Below, in pieces: positions 19,081-29,244 of a DNA stretch of 64,000 nt; position 1 is the first letter of the stretch; every line of letters starts with the position of its first letter. Source of the stretch: Gemmatimonadales bacterium (GTDB lineage Bacteria > Gemmatimonadota > Gemmatimonadetes > Gemmatimonadales > GWC2-71-9); assembly GCA_050184075.1 (NCBI GenBank), contig JBFXAS010000001.1, forward strand, positions 32,013 through 96,012, given 5' to 3'. The notes under the pieces were generated by a model. The model was not told the DNA's origin and did not search any database. It saw only the letters and a program-made list of their open reading frames with translations. The translations under genes and the position numbers were made by a program.

Positions 19081-20196
19081 ATGACCTTTCCCGTCTTCGA
19101 GCTGGAGCGCTGGCAGTCGGACTGGGAACATACCGTCGAATACAATCTCGCGGACAGCTCGGTGCGGGGCGCGTCGCTCGCCGACGTGATGAGCGAAGCC
19201 CAATGGGCCGCGCTCCGGGATCTGACCCTCGGCTACCCCCAGGTCAACGGCACCGACGCCCTCCGCCACCTGATCGCCGGGCTCTACCGCAACGCGGCAC
19301 CGGCCAACGTGCTGGTGACCGTCGGTGGGGCCGAGGCCAACCAGATCGCCTGTCAGACGCTGATCGAGCCGGGCGATCACGTCTTCGTCACCGAGCCGGG
19401 GTATCGGCAGGTGCACGGCCTCGCCACCCAGGCGGGGGCCACAGTCTCGGCGCTGCGGCTCTCGGCCGAGCGCGGCTGGCGGGCCGATCTCGACCGACTG
19501 GAGCGGGAGCTCGACGGGCGGACCAAGCTGATCTACGTGGTCAATCCCAACAACCCGACGGGAACGATCCTGACCCGGGAGGAGCGGAGCCGGATCGTGC
19601 AGCTGGCCGCGAAACGCGGCGCCTGGATCCTGGCAGACGAGGTCTACGCGGGCTCCGAGCGGGACGATCGCCCCGAGACGCCGTCCTTCTGGGACGCGTA
19701 CGAGCGGGTGGTGGTGGTCAACAGCCTCTCCAAGGCCTACGGGCTGCCAGGCCTCCGGATCGGTTGGCTGGTGGCGCCGGCCTCGTTGGTGGGGCCGCTC
19801 TGGCGGCGCCACGAATACGCCGTCATCGCCGCGGCGGCGCCCTCGATGAAGCTGGCCGAAGTGGCGCTCGCCGAGCCGGTGCGCTCGACGCTCCTCGCGC
19901 GCCAGCGCCGACTCTCGGCCGAAGGGTGGGCCCTGCTCGACCACTGGCTTCGAGCCCACCCCGAGCTGGCCACGGTCGAGCCCTCGGCGGCGACCTCGAT
20001 CGCCTTCGCCCGCTACCGGCTCCCGCTCGACTCGGTGGCCGTGGCCACCGCGATCCGCGAACACGCCTCGGTGCTGGTCGCGCCGGGTGCGTATCTCGGC
20101 GCCGAAGGCCATCTCCGGATCACGCTGGGCGTCGGCCCCGACACGGTCGGTCCCGCGCTCGAGCGGATCGCCCGGGTCCTCACCTCACTCGGCTGA
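19081..20196 (+). CDS. Class I/II aminotransferase (PLP-dependent)
   Basis: Start MTFPVFELERWQ. VVNPNNPTGT and NSLSKAYGLPGLRIGW (PLP lysine motif). The upstream 671 codons of the track ORF are shadow sequence. Confidence 0.8.
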   Translation: MTFPVFELERWQSDWEHTVEYNLADSSVRGASLADVMSEAQWAALRDLTLGYPQVNGTDALRHLIAGLYRNAAPANVLVTVGGAEANQIACQTLIEPGDHVFVTEPGYRQVHGLATQAGATVSALRLSAERGWRADLDRLERELDGRTKLIYVVNPNNPTGTILTREERSRIVQLAAKRGAWILADEVYAGSERDDRPETPSFWDAYERVVVVNSLSKAYGLPGLRIGWLVAPASLVGPLWRRHEYAVIAAAAPSMKLAEVALAEPVRSTLLARQRRLSAEGWALLDHWLRAHPELATVEPSAATSIAFARYRLPLDSVAVATAIREHASVLVAPGAYLGAEGHLRITLGVGPDTVGPALERIARVLTSLG

Positions 20197-20448
20197 ATCG
20201 AACCAGGTCGGCCACTCGGCTCCGTCCCTGGACGGGCGGTCGGGCGGGCCGACCCACCGAAGCACTCTGCCGTCGATCCCGTCGCCGGTCTCGAGAATCG
20301 GCAGATAATGCCCACGGTGCGCGGAGGTCAGATGCCGGTGGCCAAGATCGGAGAGCCGAATCGGCTTGCCGACCGCGGTCCGCGGCACGATGACAATCAG
20401 GCCGCGAAGCGGCCCGTCGACGATCCGAAAGCCAGCGCGATCGGTCAT
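20185..20448 (-). CDS. Hypothetical protein (87 aa)
   Basis: MTDRAGFRIVDGPLRGLIVIVPRTAVGKPIRLSDLGH... High GC3 and a GGAGG SD 7 nt upstream of ATG 20448. No family recognised. Confidence 0.35.
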   Translation of the reverse strand: MTDRAGFRIVDGPLRGLIVIVPRTAVGKPIRLSDLGHRHLTSAHRGHYLPILETGDGIDGRVLRWVGPPDRPSRDGAEWPTWFDSAE

Positions 20449-20601
20449 CTCGGCCTCCGACTCCGAGCAGAGTTCGGCGAGGCAATCGCCCGGCGGCCTC
20501 GTCGTGGAGGGCGGGCGATGGAAGATGAAGATTAGGTAAAGGAGCCACCACATGAAAGGCCGCGCAGCAACCGCGAACCGCCGACCGCTGCCAGCCGACG
20601 C

Positions 20602-22002
20602 CTACGCAGCCAGCTTGTTGGCCGCGTTGAGGGCCGCGACCTTGTAGCACTCCGCGAGGGTCGGGTAGTTGAACACCGTGCGGAGGAAGTAGTCGAGCCC
20701 GCCGCCCAGGCCGATCACCGTCTGGCCGATGTGGAGCAGCTCGGTGGCGCCGGTGCCGATGATGTGGACCCCGAGCAGCCGGCCGTCCTTCCGGGAGAAG
20801 AGCAGCTTGAGGAGACCGTCCTCGTCGCCGAGGATCTGCCCGCGGGCGATCTCCCGATACCGCGCGATCCCCACTTCGTAGGGCTCCCTCCGCTCGGTCA
20901 GCACGTGCTCGGGCTCGCCGACCATCGAGATCTCCGGAATCGCGTAGATCCCGATCGGGAAGTGCGCGGCCATCGGGTGGGCCGCGAGTCCGAGGGCGTG
21001 ACAGGCGGCCAGACGTCCCTGCTCGCTCGAGGTGGCCGCGAGGCTCGGGTAGCCGATCACGTCGCCGGCGGCGAAGACGTGCGGCACCGAGGTCTGGAAG
21101 GCGTCGTTCACCACGAGCCGCCCGCGGTCGTCCGCCGCGAGCCCCAGCTTGTCGAGGCCGAGTCGATCGGTCGCCCCGACCCGGCCGACCGAGAAGAGCA
21201 CCATCTCCGACACGATCCGCTTGCCCGACTCGAGCGTCACGGCCACCCGCCGGGGATCGCCGTCGAGCACCTCGAGCCCGGCCACGCCCTCGCAGGGCCG
21301 GAAGGTGACCTTCTTGCGCCGCATCATGTGGATCAGCTCGTCCACCACCTCGTGGTCGAGGAACTCGAGCGGACGCTCGCGCCGGTCGATCACCGTGACC
21401 TCGACGCCCACCGCCGCGAACATCGACGCGTACTCGATCCCGATCACCCCGGCGCCGACCACCACCATGCTCTTGGGGATCCGGGTCATCCTGGCGACGT
21501 CGTCGGAGAGCAGCACCGTCTGGCCGTCGGCCGGCACGTCCGGCGGCTCCGACGGCCGGGTGCCGACCGCCACCAGGAAGGTCTCCGCGGTCACGTCGCG
21601 GCGGCCGTCCGGACCTTCGATGGTCAGGGTGTGGGGATCCTTGAAGGTTGCCGAGCCGCGCAGGATGGTGACGTCGTTCCGGCGGAGCTGATCCTCGATC
21701 ACGTTGCACTCGAGCCGCATCACCTCGCCGACCCGGTCGAGCAGCTGGCCGGCGGTGGGGCGGTACTCGATCCGGGCGAACTGGCGCCGCTCCGGATGGT
21801 CCCGGAGCGCCGTGAAGTGGAGGACGGCTTCCCGGAAGGTCTTGCTGGGAATCGTGCCGGTCTCGAGACAGGAGCCGCCGAGGGCCACCCGGCGCTCGAC
21901 GATCGCGGCCCGGCGGCCGGCCTTGGCTGCCTGCACCGCGGCCCGCTGCCCCGCGGGGCCGCTGCCGATGGCGATGAAATCGAAGTCGAAGGCGGAATCC
22001 AT
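20602..22002 (-). CDS. sthA: Soluble pyridine nucleotide transhydrogenase-like flavoprotein
   Basis: 466 aa. FIAIGSGPAGQRAAVQAAKAG FAD fold and GGSCLETGTIPSKTFREAV with a single Cys, as in SthA rather than the CxxxxC of lipoamide dehydrogenase. Confidence 0.75.
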   Translation of the reverse strand: MDSAFDFDFIAIGSGPAGQRAAVQAAKAGRRAAIVERRVALGGSCLETGTIPSKTFREAVLHFTALRDHPERRQFARIEYRPTAGQLLDRVGEVMRLECNVIEDQLRRNDVTILRGSATFKDPHTLTIEGPDGRRDVTAETFLVAVGTRPSEPPDVPADGQTVLLSDDVARMTRIPKSMVVVGAGVIGIEYASMFAAVGVEVTVIDRRERPLEFLDHEVVDELIHMMRRKKVTFRPCEGVAGLEVLDGDPRRVAVTLESGKRIVSEMVLFSVGRVGATDRLGLDKLGLAADDRGRLVVNDAFQTSVPHVFAAGDVIGYPSLAATSSEQGRLAACHALGLAAHPMAAHFPIGIYAIPEISMVGEPEHVLTERREPYEVGIARYREIARGQILGDEDGLLKLLFSRKDGRLLGVHIIGTGATELLHIGQTVIGLGGGLDYFLRTVFNYPTLAECYKVAALNAANKLAA

Positions 22003-22057
22003 GGCCTGGAGTATCGACCATGCCGAGACCGATCTTGAGGAACCGGTCGGGAAGGCG

Positions 22058-22840
22058 TCAGCGATCGCGGGTCCAGAGGAGAATCGTGCCGCAGCCCGAG
22101 CCCGTCGATTGGAAGCGGGACGGCGTCTGGGCTACGGAATAGACCTCGACGGCCTTGAGCTCGATCACGCCCCAATGGTCGAGGTCCGGAATCTGATTGG
22201 CGCCCGCCTGCTCGGGCGACTTCCGAAGGAACGGACTCGTCACCACGGCCGTCGGAGCGTAGAGCCGGGTGCCGTCGAGCCAGATCGCCATGGGGCACTC
22301 GCTGCTGCTGCGCCGGCTCATGGCCAAGGTGCGACCGTTGCGTCGCACCATTCGGATCCCCGGCGACCTCGCCCTGATCAGGTCCGAGAGCTTCCGGTGC
22401 TCGGACCGGCGGAGCAGCGCCTCGTCGAGAAAGGTCGCACCGCCGATCGCCTGCCGGCGCTCGGAGAACCCGGTGGGATCCGCCGGGGCCTCGGCCTCCG
22501 CCACCACGTCGGGGAGCCGCTGCGGGTCCGCCGTCAGGATCACCTCGAGCGAGGTCTCCCGGATCTCGAACAGCTCGACCTGAACCCGCGCCACCCGGAA
22601 GCCGATCTTGCGAAAGACCAGCTCGTGGGTGCCGAGCGGAAGCGTGAGCGCGAAGCGCCCGTCGTCGCCAGTGAGCGCGGAATCGGCCGCGCCTGGGGCT
22701 CGGACCTCGACCGCCGGCATCACCCCTCCCGCCGGATCTCGCACCGTGCCGCTCACTCTGACCTGGGCAACCACCAAGGCCGGGCAGAGCCAGCCGAGGC
22801 CGATCAGCCCTGGTAGCCCAACGGCGAGGCGAGGATTCAT
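22058..22840 (-). CDS. Secreted CarboxypepD_reg-like + plug-like domain protein
   Basis: Signal peptide. VSGTVRDPAGGVMPAVEVRAPGAADSALTGDDGRFALTLPLGTHELVFRKIGF is a carboxypeptidase-regulatory-like fold. The C-terminal part resembles a TonB-receptor plug (recall-level). Confidence 0.6.
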   Translation of the reverse strand: MNPRLAVGLPGLIGLGWLCPALVVAQVRVSGTVRDPAGGVMPAVEVRAPGAADSALTGDDGRFALTLPLGTHELVFRKIGFRVARVQVELFEIRETSLEVILTADPQRLPDVVAEAEAPADPTGFSERRQAIGGATFLDEALLRRSEHRKLSDLIRARSPGIRMVRRNGRTLAMSRRSSSECPMAIWLDGTRLYAPTAVVTSPFLRKSPEQAGANQIPDLDHWGVIELKAVEVYSVAQTPSRFQSTGSGCGTILLWTRDR

Positions 22841-23020
22841 TTTCCGGTCGGCCTTCGAGACGGACCCGTCTCAAGGTGCCAGCCGCGACTCAGGGCGGCA
22901 AGTCCGACTATCATGAGGGGGAGCCCGATCGGGTCCCTTCGTGCTCGGCGAAACGGGCCAGCGCCGGCACCGCCACCCCGGGACGGCTTCGACGTGGCCG
23001 CGGTACCTCTCGAGGCGAGG

Positions 23021-24493
23021 ATGAAGACGGAGAGCAGATCGGGGCGCTCGATCCTCGTCACCGGCGCGACGGGCTACGTCGGCGGGCGCCTGCTCGCGGC
23101 CCTGGAGCGGCGTGGCGAGTCGATCCGTTGTCTCGCGCGGAGACCGGAATATCTCCGCGCGAGAGTGGCGCCCGGAACGGAGGTTGTCGGGGGCGACGTG
23201 TCCGACCGGGACTCACTGCCCGGCGCCTTCGCCGGGGTCGACGTCGCCTACTACCTGATCCACTCGATGAGCCAGCCCGGCGGCTTCGCGGAGCAGGATC
23301 GGACCGCCGCGCGGAACTTCGCCGACGCGGCCGGCGGCGCCGGCGTTCGCCGGATCATCTACCTCGGCGGGCTCGGCCACGGTCCCAACCTCTCGCCCCA
23401 CCTCGCCAGCCGACAGGAAACCGGCGAGGGCCTCCGATCCGGCAGCGTTCCGGTCATCGAGCTCCGGAGCGGGATCGTGATCGGGTCCGGCAGCACTTCC
23501 TTCGAGCTGATCAGGTCGCTGGTGGATCGCCTCCCGCTGATGACCACGCCCCGCTGGGTCCGCACCCCGACCCAGCCGATCGCGATCGAGGACGTGATCG
23601 ACTACCTGCTCGCCGCCCTCGACCTCGAAGCCGACGAGAGCCGGATCTACGAGATCGGCGGCCGGGACGTGATCTCCTACGGCGACCTGATGCGCGAGTA
23701 CGCCCGGCAGCGGGGGCTTCGCCGCGCGATCGTTCCCGTGCCGATTCTGACGCCGGGCCTCTCCTCGCTCTGGCTCGGGCTGGTGACGCCGGTGTACGCG
23801 CGGGTGGGGCGGGCGCTGATCGACGGGCTCCGCAACTCGACCGTGGTCTTGGACGACCGCGCGTTGCGGGACTTCCCGGTCCGGCCCCGCGGCATGGGCG
23901 AGGCCATCGCCCGGGCGCTCGCCAACGAGGACGAGGAATTCGCCGCGACCCGATGGAACGACGCGCTCTCCGCCACCCGCCCCGGATGGGGCGGCACCCG
24001 GTTCGGCAATCGCCTGGTCGACTCGCGGGAGATCACCGTCGCGGCGCCCGCCCGCGCCGCGTTTGCCCCGATTCGCCGGCTCGGGGGGCGGAACGGCTGG
24101 TACCACGCGAGCTGGCTCTGGGTGATCCGAGGTTGGCTCGATCTGCTCGTGGGCGGAGCCGGTCTGCGCCGGGGCCGCCGGGACCCCGAGCAGCTCCGAC
24201 CGGGCGACACCCTCGACTGGTGGCGGGTCGAGGCCATCGAGCCCGATCGTCTGCTTCGGCTGGCGGCGGAGATGCGGGTGCCGGGCCGGGCGTGGCTCCA
24301 GTACGAGGTCGAGCCGCTGGCATCGGGCGGCTCGGTGATTCGGCAAACGGCCCTGTTCGATCCCGTCGGGCTCTTCGGGCTGCTCTACTGGTACAGCCTC
24401 TGGCCCCTCCACGGGTACGTCTTCTCCGGGCTCCTTCGCGCCATCGAGCGCCGCGCCGAAATCGAGTTCCGCTCGAGCCCCGCCGGCAGCTAG
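23021..24493 (+). CDS. NAD(P)-binding SDR-family protein with C-terminal DUF2867-like domain
   Basis: Start MKTESRSGRSILVTGATGYVGGRLL (Rossmann TGxxGxxG). The C-terminal about 170 aa matches the DUF2867 pattern (recall-level). Confidence 0.75.
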   Translation: MKTESRSGRSILVTGATGYVGGRLLAALERRGESIRCLARRPEYLRARVAPGTEVVGGDVSDRDSLPGAFAGVDVAYYLIHSMSQPGGFAEQDRTAARNFADAAGGAGVRRIIYLGGLGHGPNLSPHLASRQETGEGLRSGSVPVIELRSGIVIGSGSTSFELIRSLVDRLPLMTTPRWVRTPTQPIAIEDVIDYLLAALDLEADESRIYEIGGRDVISYGDLMREYARQRGLRRAIVPVPILTPGLSSLWLGLVTPVYARVGRALIDGLRNSTVVLDDRALRDFPVRPRGMGEAIARALANEDEEFAATRWNDALSATRPGWGGTRFGNRLVDSREITVAAPARAAFAPIRRLGGRNGWYHASWLWVIRGWLDLLVGGAGLRRGRRDPEQLRPGDTLDWWRVEAIEPDRLLRLAAEMRVPGRAWLQYEVEPLASGGSVIRQTALFDPVGLFGLLYWYSLWPLHGYVFSGLLRAIERRAEIEFRSSPAGS

Positions 24494-24514
24494 CCGGACT
24501 CGGGCCCTGCCGGA

Positions 24515-26509
24515 TCACGGCGTGGCGGCCGTCCTCGGCGCCAGATACCGATCGAACCACTCCATCATCCGTCGGTTGTAGTCGAGCACGTGATCGGGCC
24601 GCCGCACGCCGTGCCCCTCTCCCGGATAGCGCACCAGCGTGGCCTCGACCCCCTGCTTGCGAAGCGCGACGTACATCTCCTCCGCCTGGGTGATCGGCAC
24701 GTCGTGATCCTGCTCGCCGTGGAGAAAGAGCGTCGGCGTCTTCACGCCCTCGACGTGCGCCAGCGGCGACCACTGCCAGAGCAGCGGGTAGTTGTCCCAC
24801 GGCATCCCGCGGAACTCCGCTTCGATCAGGTCGGTGTAGAGCGAGGTGCCGTAGAACGAGATCAGGTTGCTCACGCTGGCGCTCGAGACGGCGGCCTTGA
24901 AGCGGTCGGTCTGGGTGATCACCCAGTTGGTCATGAAGCCGCCGTAGCTCCCACCCGTCACACCCAGTCGGGTGCTGTCGATCCACGGATTCGCGGCCAG
25001 CGCCTGGTCGAGTGCCGCCATCAGATCCTGATAGTCGCCGCCGCCCCAGTTGAGCAGCGAGCCGTCCGAAAAGGCCTGACCGTAGCCGACCGACCCGCGT
25101 GGGTTCACGTAGATGGCGGCGTAGCCGGCCGCCGCCTGGCGCTGGACCCGGTCGGAGAAGCCGAAGCCGAACGCTCCGTGCGGGCCGCCGTGGATGTTGA
25201 GGATGGCCGGATAGGTGGCGCCCGGTCGCATCCCGGCCGGTTTCATCACCCAGCCCTGCACCTGGACGCCGTCGTCGCTGGTGGCCCAGAACGACTCGGC
25301 ATCCTGGAAGTCGACCTCCGCCAGCAGCTCGGCGTGGAGGTCGGTGAGCTGCCGATCGCGCCCGCTGTTGAGGTCGCGCACGAAGAGCTCTGCCGGTCGG
25401 TCGGTCGTGCTCCGCACGAACGCCAGATAACGGCCCCGCCCGTCCACGCCGTAGCCCTGGACCTGCGCCTCGCCGATCACGGCGGGCTCCGCGTTCGGCT
25501 GCCCGATCGTCGCGCGGTAGACGCCGTTCCGCCCCTGGTCGGCCGCGGCGAAGTAGAGGTAGCGACTGCTGGGGTGCCACTCCAGCCGGGAGACCCGCCG
25601 ATCGAACGCCGGCGCCACCCGCTCGGGCGCACCGCCCTCGGCCGGAATCACGTAGGCCTTGGTGTCCTCCGCTGGGCTGTCCTTGGTGTTCTGGGTCCGC
25701 ACCCAGCCCTCGTAGGCGATCCAGCGGCCGTCAGGCGACCAGGTGGGCAGGAACTCCGCGCTCGCCGTCCGGGTCAGCTGGGTGAGCGCGCCCGAGCCCA
25801 CGTCGAGCACGAAGAGGTCGTTCGAGAAGCTGTTGTCGGGATCGGCGGAGCGGTCGCTCACGAAGGCGATCCGGCGCGAGTCCGGCGCCCACGCCACCGA
25901 GTGCTCGTCGTAGTCGCCCGGCGTGAGCAGCCGGGCCTCGCCGCCCGCGCTCGGCACCAGCCAGACGTGGGTCCGGCGGCCGTCGGTGAAGCCGGTCCGG
26001 GTCTTGAACATGATCCGGGAAAAGGCCATCACGTCGCTCGCCGGCTCGACGGCCGGAGTGGTGGCGACGTAGGCGATGGACCGCCCGTCGGGCGACCAGG
26101 CGAAATTCTTGGCCGAGCCGCGCCCGAGCCACGCGTCGGTCTGCGGCGTGGCCACCAGGAAGCGATCGCTCTTCGCGCCGAGGTCGCGAATCCAGATCCC
26201 CAGCTCGCCGTCCTTGGGCGCGAGATACGCCACCTGCTTCCCGTCGGGAGACCATGCCGGGCTCCCGCCACTCCAGCTCTGCTCCACCCGACCGCTCGGC
26301 AGCGCCGCGACCACGATCTCCGAGGCGCGCCGCACGGCCTGGTAGTCGGTCCGCGAGGTGGTGTAGAGCACCCGCGACCCATCGGGCGAGGGCGCCGGGT
26401 CGCCGATCGAAACCAGTCGCCCGAGATCCTCCTCGGCGAAGGGCCGTTTCTGCGCGGCCGCCAGGGTCGGAACGAGCAGCAGGACCAGGAGCCATCCGCG
26501 AGCAAACAT
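24515..26509 (-). CDS. S9 family serine peptidase (beta-propeller + alpha/beta hydrolase)
   Basis: Signal peptide. Repeated SPDG propeller motifs and the catalytic GVTGGSYGGFMTNW. Confidence 0.85.
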   Translation of the reverse strand: MFARGWLLVLLLVPTLAAAQKRPFAEEDLGRLVSIGDPAPSPDGSRVLYTTSRTDYQAVRRASEIVVAALPSGRVEQSWSGGSPAWSPDGKQVAYLAPKDGELGIWIRDLGAKSDRFLVATPQTDAWLGRGSAKNFAWSPDGRSIAYVATTPAVEPASDVMAFSRIMFKTRTGFTDGRRTHVWLVPSAGGEARLLTPGDYDEHSVAWAPDSRRIAFVSDRSADPDNSFSNDLFVLDVGSGALTQLTRTASAEFLPTWSPDGRWIAYEGWVRTQNTKDSPAEDTKAYVIPAEGGAPERVAPAFDRRVSRLEWHPSSRYLYFAAADQGRNGVYRATIGQPNAEPAVIGEAQVQGYGVDGRGRYLAFVRSTTDRPAELFVRDLNSGRDRQLTDLHAELLAEVDFQDAESFWATSDDGVQVQGWVMKPAGMRPGATYPAILNIHGGPHGAFGFGFSDRVQRQAAAGYAAIYVNPRGSVGYGQAFSDGSLLNWGGGDYQDLMAALDQALAANPWIDSTRLGVTGGSYGGFMTNWVITQTDRFKAAVSSASVSNLISFYGTSLYTDLIEAEFRGMPWDNYPLLWQWSPLAHVEGVKTPTLFLHGEQDHDVPITQAEEMYVALRKQGVEATLVRYPGEGHGVRRPDHVLDYNRRMMEWFDRYLAPRTAATP

Positions 26510-26545
26510 GATCTCGACCTCTCTCTCTTCGAATGGCGGCTCGGG

Positions 26546-27319
26546 TCAGCTGAGCTCGACCAGGACCGGAGCGTGGTCCGAGGGCAGCTTCCCCTTCCGC
26601 TCGTTGCGCTCGACCCACGCGCGCGTGCACCGCTGGGCGAGATCCGGCGTCACCACGATGTGATCGATTCGAAGCCCGTTGCCCTTGGGAAACGCGAGCA
26701 TCCGGTAGTCCCACCACGAGTACGGGCCCGGCCCCTCTTCATGGAGCCGGATGGTGTCGATCAGCCGCTCGCCCATGATCGCGGCGAGGGCCTTGCGGGC
26801 GTCCTCGTGGCAGAGGACCGAGCTGCGCCACTCGTCCGGCCGCGCCACGTCGCGATCCTCGGGGGCCACGTTGAAATCGCCGCAGAGCGCGAGCGGCGCC
26901 CCGTCCGCGAGCAGCGTGGGGAGATGCTCGCGAAGCCGCTCCATCCAGCCGAGCTTGTAGGCCCACTTCTCGCTGCCCACGGTCTGACCGTTGGGAAAGT
27001 ACGCCGACACCACCCGCACCCCCTCGCAGGTCGCGGCGATCAGCCTGGCCTGCGAATCGACGTCCTCGGTGTCGCCCGGGAGGCCGATCGCCAGCTCGGT
27101 CGGCTCGCTCCGGCTCAGAATGGCGACGCCGTTGTAGGTCTTCTGCCCGTGGAAGACCGCGTGGTACCCCGTCGCGCGAATCTCCTCGACCGGAAACTCC
27201 TCGTCGGGCACCTTGAGCTCCTGCAGACACGCCACGTCCGGCGCGGTCCGCTCGAGCCAGGCGAGCAGCCGGGCGAGCCGGGCCCGGATCGAGTTGACGT
27301 TCCAGGTGGCGAGGATCAT
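26546..27319 (-). CDS. xthA: Exodeoxyribonuclease III
   Basis: 257 aa. MILATWNVNSIRAR, LCGDFNVAPE, RIDHIVVTP. ATG 27319 overlaps the stop of the M61 gene (ATGA). Confidence 0.9.
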   Translation of the reverse strand: MILATWNVNSIRARLARLLAWLERTAPDVACLQELKVPDEEFPVEEIRATGYHAVFHGQKTYNGVAILSRSEPTELAIGLPGDTEDVDSQARLIAATCEGVRVVSAYFPNGQTVGSEKWAYKLGWMERLREHLPTLLADGAPLALCGDFNVAPEDRDVARPDEWRSSVLCHEDARKALAAIMGERLIDTIRLHEEGPGPYSWWDYRMLAFPKGNGLRIDHIVVTPDLAQRCTRAWVERNERKGKLPSDHAPVLVELS

Positions 27320-29163
27320 CGCCGCGCCTTGGAGCCGAGCCAGAGCGAGCGAAACGCCCGGTGCTGCCCGGTCACCGCGCGCCCGACGGCCTCGAACGGC
27401 ACGATCTCGAGCCGCGGGTCGTCCACCACCTGGAGCGTCGCTCGTCGCCGGGTGCCGCGCTGCTCGTAGACGATCTCGACCGCGGCGCCCGGACGCTGAG
27501 CCGACTTGATGGCCTGCCAGTCGGCGTCGCTCCGGAGCGTGCGGCCGCCGATCGAGATGATCCGATCGCCGCGGTCGACGCCAGCCTCGTAGAGCGGTGA
27601 TCCCTCCAGGGTCGCGCTCAGCACCTCCGCGCCGTCGGTCCCGAAGCGGAGCTGCACCAGGCCGAGGAACGCCTGGTCGGGGTTGCTCCGGCGAAGCAGG
27701 AAACCCGCGTGCTCGAGCAGCGACTCGTAGTCCACCACGTCGCGCCCGCGCACGTAGCGCGCGAAGAAATCGCTCGCAAAGCTCCGATCGCCGAGATAGT
27801 CGCCGAGGGTCCGCTCGGCGTCCGCGACCGTGTAGGGCCGGGCCACCACGTAGGGACGGTCGTTCCGCCCGAAGCGCTCCCACATCGTCTTCATGAAGCC
27901 GTCGAGTGACTTGCCCGCGAATCGGGAGCGGATCGTCAGGTCGAGACCGAGCCCGACGCCCGCGCCCCAGGTGTAATAGGAAAGAAAGGTGTTGGCCTGG
28001 TTGGTCGGGTCGACCGAGGTCGCTGCGTCGGAGAAGGCGGCGTAGAGGCTCATCCCCCGCGGACTGCGATAGCGCCGCGCGGGCGAGTGGATCACCGCGT
28101 TGACCAGCCCGCCGAGACCGCCGGCGTAGGTGGCGTCGTCGGTCAGGCCCGCCCGGCGGATCGTGAGGTCGTCGTAGTAGCTGGTGAAGCCCTCGCCCAA
28201 CCAGAGCAGGTCGCTCGGATTGGCCCGGGTGAAGTCGAAGGGCTCGAGCGACCTCGGCCGGATCCGCTCGATGTTCCAGGAGTGGAAGAACTCGTGCGAC
28301 AGGGTGCCGAGCAGCCCCATGCTGTTCCGCCGGAGATCGCCCGTGCTGGAGAGGATGGTCGAGTTGCGGTGCTCCATCCCGTCACCGCTCACCCAAGGGA
28401 GGTAGTCCGCAATGAAGGTGTAGCTGCCATGGTCGTAGGGCGCCGGCTCGCCGTAGATCGCGATCTGCTCGGCCACCACCTTCTTGGCCATCTCCGTGTA
28501 ACGGTCGAGCTCCTGGTCGGTGCCGAGATGGTGGATCGCCAGCCGGATCGTGTAGCTCCGCCCGCGGGGGGCCGGCACCGTCCAGGTGCGGAGCTCGTAG
28601 GCGCTCAGCTCGGTCGGGCTGTCCATGAAGTACTGGAGGTCCGGTGCCTTGAACGTGTACGGATCCGGCGTCTCGATCAGCTGCGTCGCCGCTCGCCAGT
28701 TGCTCGCTTCGGGAACCTCGAAGCGCACCGAGATCGGCCGACGCTCGGCCCCGCGGGCCCAGACGAACGTGGCCGGCATGTTGAGATGCGCGTGGGTCAG
28801 GTCGATGCCCGAATAGGTCCCGTCGGCCCGGTCCGCGAACAGGGTGTAGCGCACCACGATCGTGCCGTCGTGGCCGCCCACGAACCAGCGATAGGGATCC
28901 CGGACCACGGGCTCCAGCTCCCTCCCCGCGCCCGAGGTGACCCGGAGGTCGTAGACGTTCTTGGCGAACTCGTGCAGCGCGTAGCGGCCCGGCGAGGAGC
29001 GGCTCATCCAGACCTCGGCCGTGTCGCGGCCGAGCCCCGAGACGGTCATCTCCACTCTGGCCTCGTGGTGGACCGCGTTCGGGAAGGAGATCGCGTAGCG
29101 GACCGTGTCCCCCGCCTGCGAGGGGACCAGAGCGACGGCGACGGCGGCGAAAATGGTGATCAT
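27316..29163 (-). CDS. M61 glycyl-aminopeptidase-family metallopeptidase with C-terminal PDZ
   Basis: Start MITIFAAVAVALVPSQA (ATG 29163). Zinc motif LSHEFFHSWNIERIRP. PDZ-like GSPLYEAGVDRGDRIISIGG. Track ORF upstream of 29163 is antisense to ypdA. Confidence 0.8.
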   Translation of the reverse strand: MITIFAAVAVALVPSQAGDTVRYAISFPNAVHHEARVEMTVSGLGRDTAEVWMSRSSPGRYALHEFAKNVYDLRVTSGAGRELEPVVRDPYRWFVGGHDGTIVVRYTLFADRADGTYSGIDLTHAHLNMPATFVWARGAERRPISVRFEVPEASNWRAATQLIETPDPYTFKAPDLQYFMDSPTELSAYELRTWTVPAPRGRSYTIRLAIHHLGTDQELDRYTEMAKKVVAEQIAIYGEPAPYDHGSYTFIADYLPWVSGDGMEHRNSTILSSTGDLRRNSMGLLGTLSHEFFHSWNIERIRPRSLEPFDFTRANPSDLLWLGEGFTSYYDDLTIRRAGLTDDATYAGGLGGLVNAVIHSPARRYRSPRGMSLYAAFSDAATSVDPTNQANTFLSYYTWGAGVGLGLDLTIRSRFAGKSLDGFMKTMWERFGRNDRPYVVARPYTVADAERTLGDYLGDRSFASDFFARYVRGRDVVDYESLLEHAGFLLRRSNPDQAFLGLVQLRFGTDGAEVLSATLEGSPLYEAGVDRGDRIISIGGRTLRSDADWQAIKSAQRPGAAVEIVYEQRGTRRRATLQVVDDPRLEIVPFEAVGRAVTGQHRAFRSLWLGSKARR

Positions 29164-29244
29164 GGCGTCCGGAGGGGTGACGTGTCGGCACTCTAGGGTA
29201 ATCGCGCCCCGGGCCAGGACAAAGCACGCTACCTTCCACTCGCC

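Noticed and set aside
20552-20647. 31-aa plus-strand ORF (MKGRAATANRRPLPADAYAASLLAALRAATL) with a near-perfect SD (AAAGGAG-N7-ATG) in an AT-rich patch
   Set aside because: It runs antisense into the 3' end of sthA and has no recognisable features. The AT-rich patch (20520-20560) is more simply explained as a promoter region (TTTCAT-N17-TAATCT on the minus strand) for the hypothetical gene at 20448. The long 122-aa minus ORF start at 20553 (MWWLLYLIFIF) lacks an SD.
24590-27469. 959-aa plus-strand ORF
   Set aside because: It is antisense to the S9 peptidase and xthA, both of which have clear catalytic motifs. There is no domain signature.
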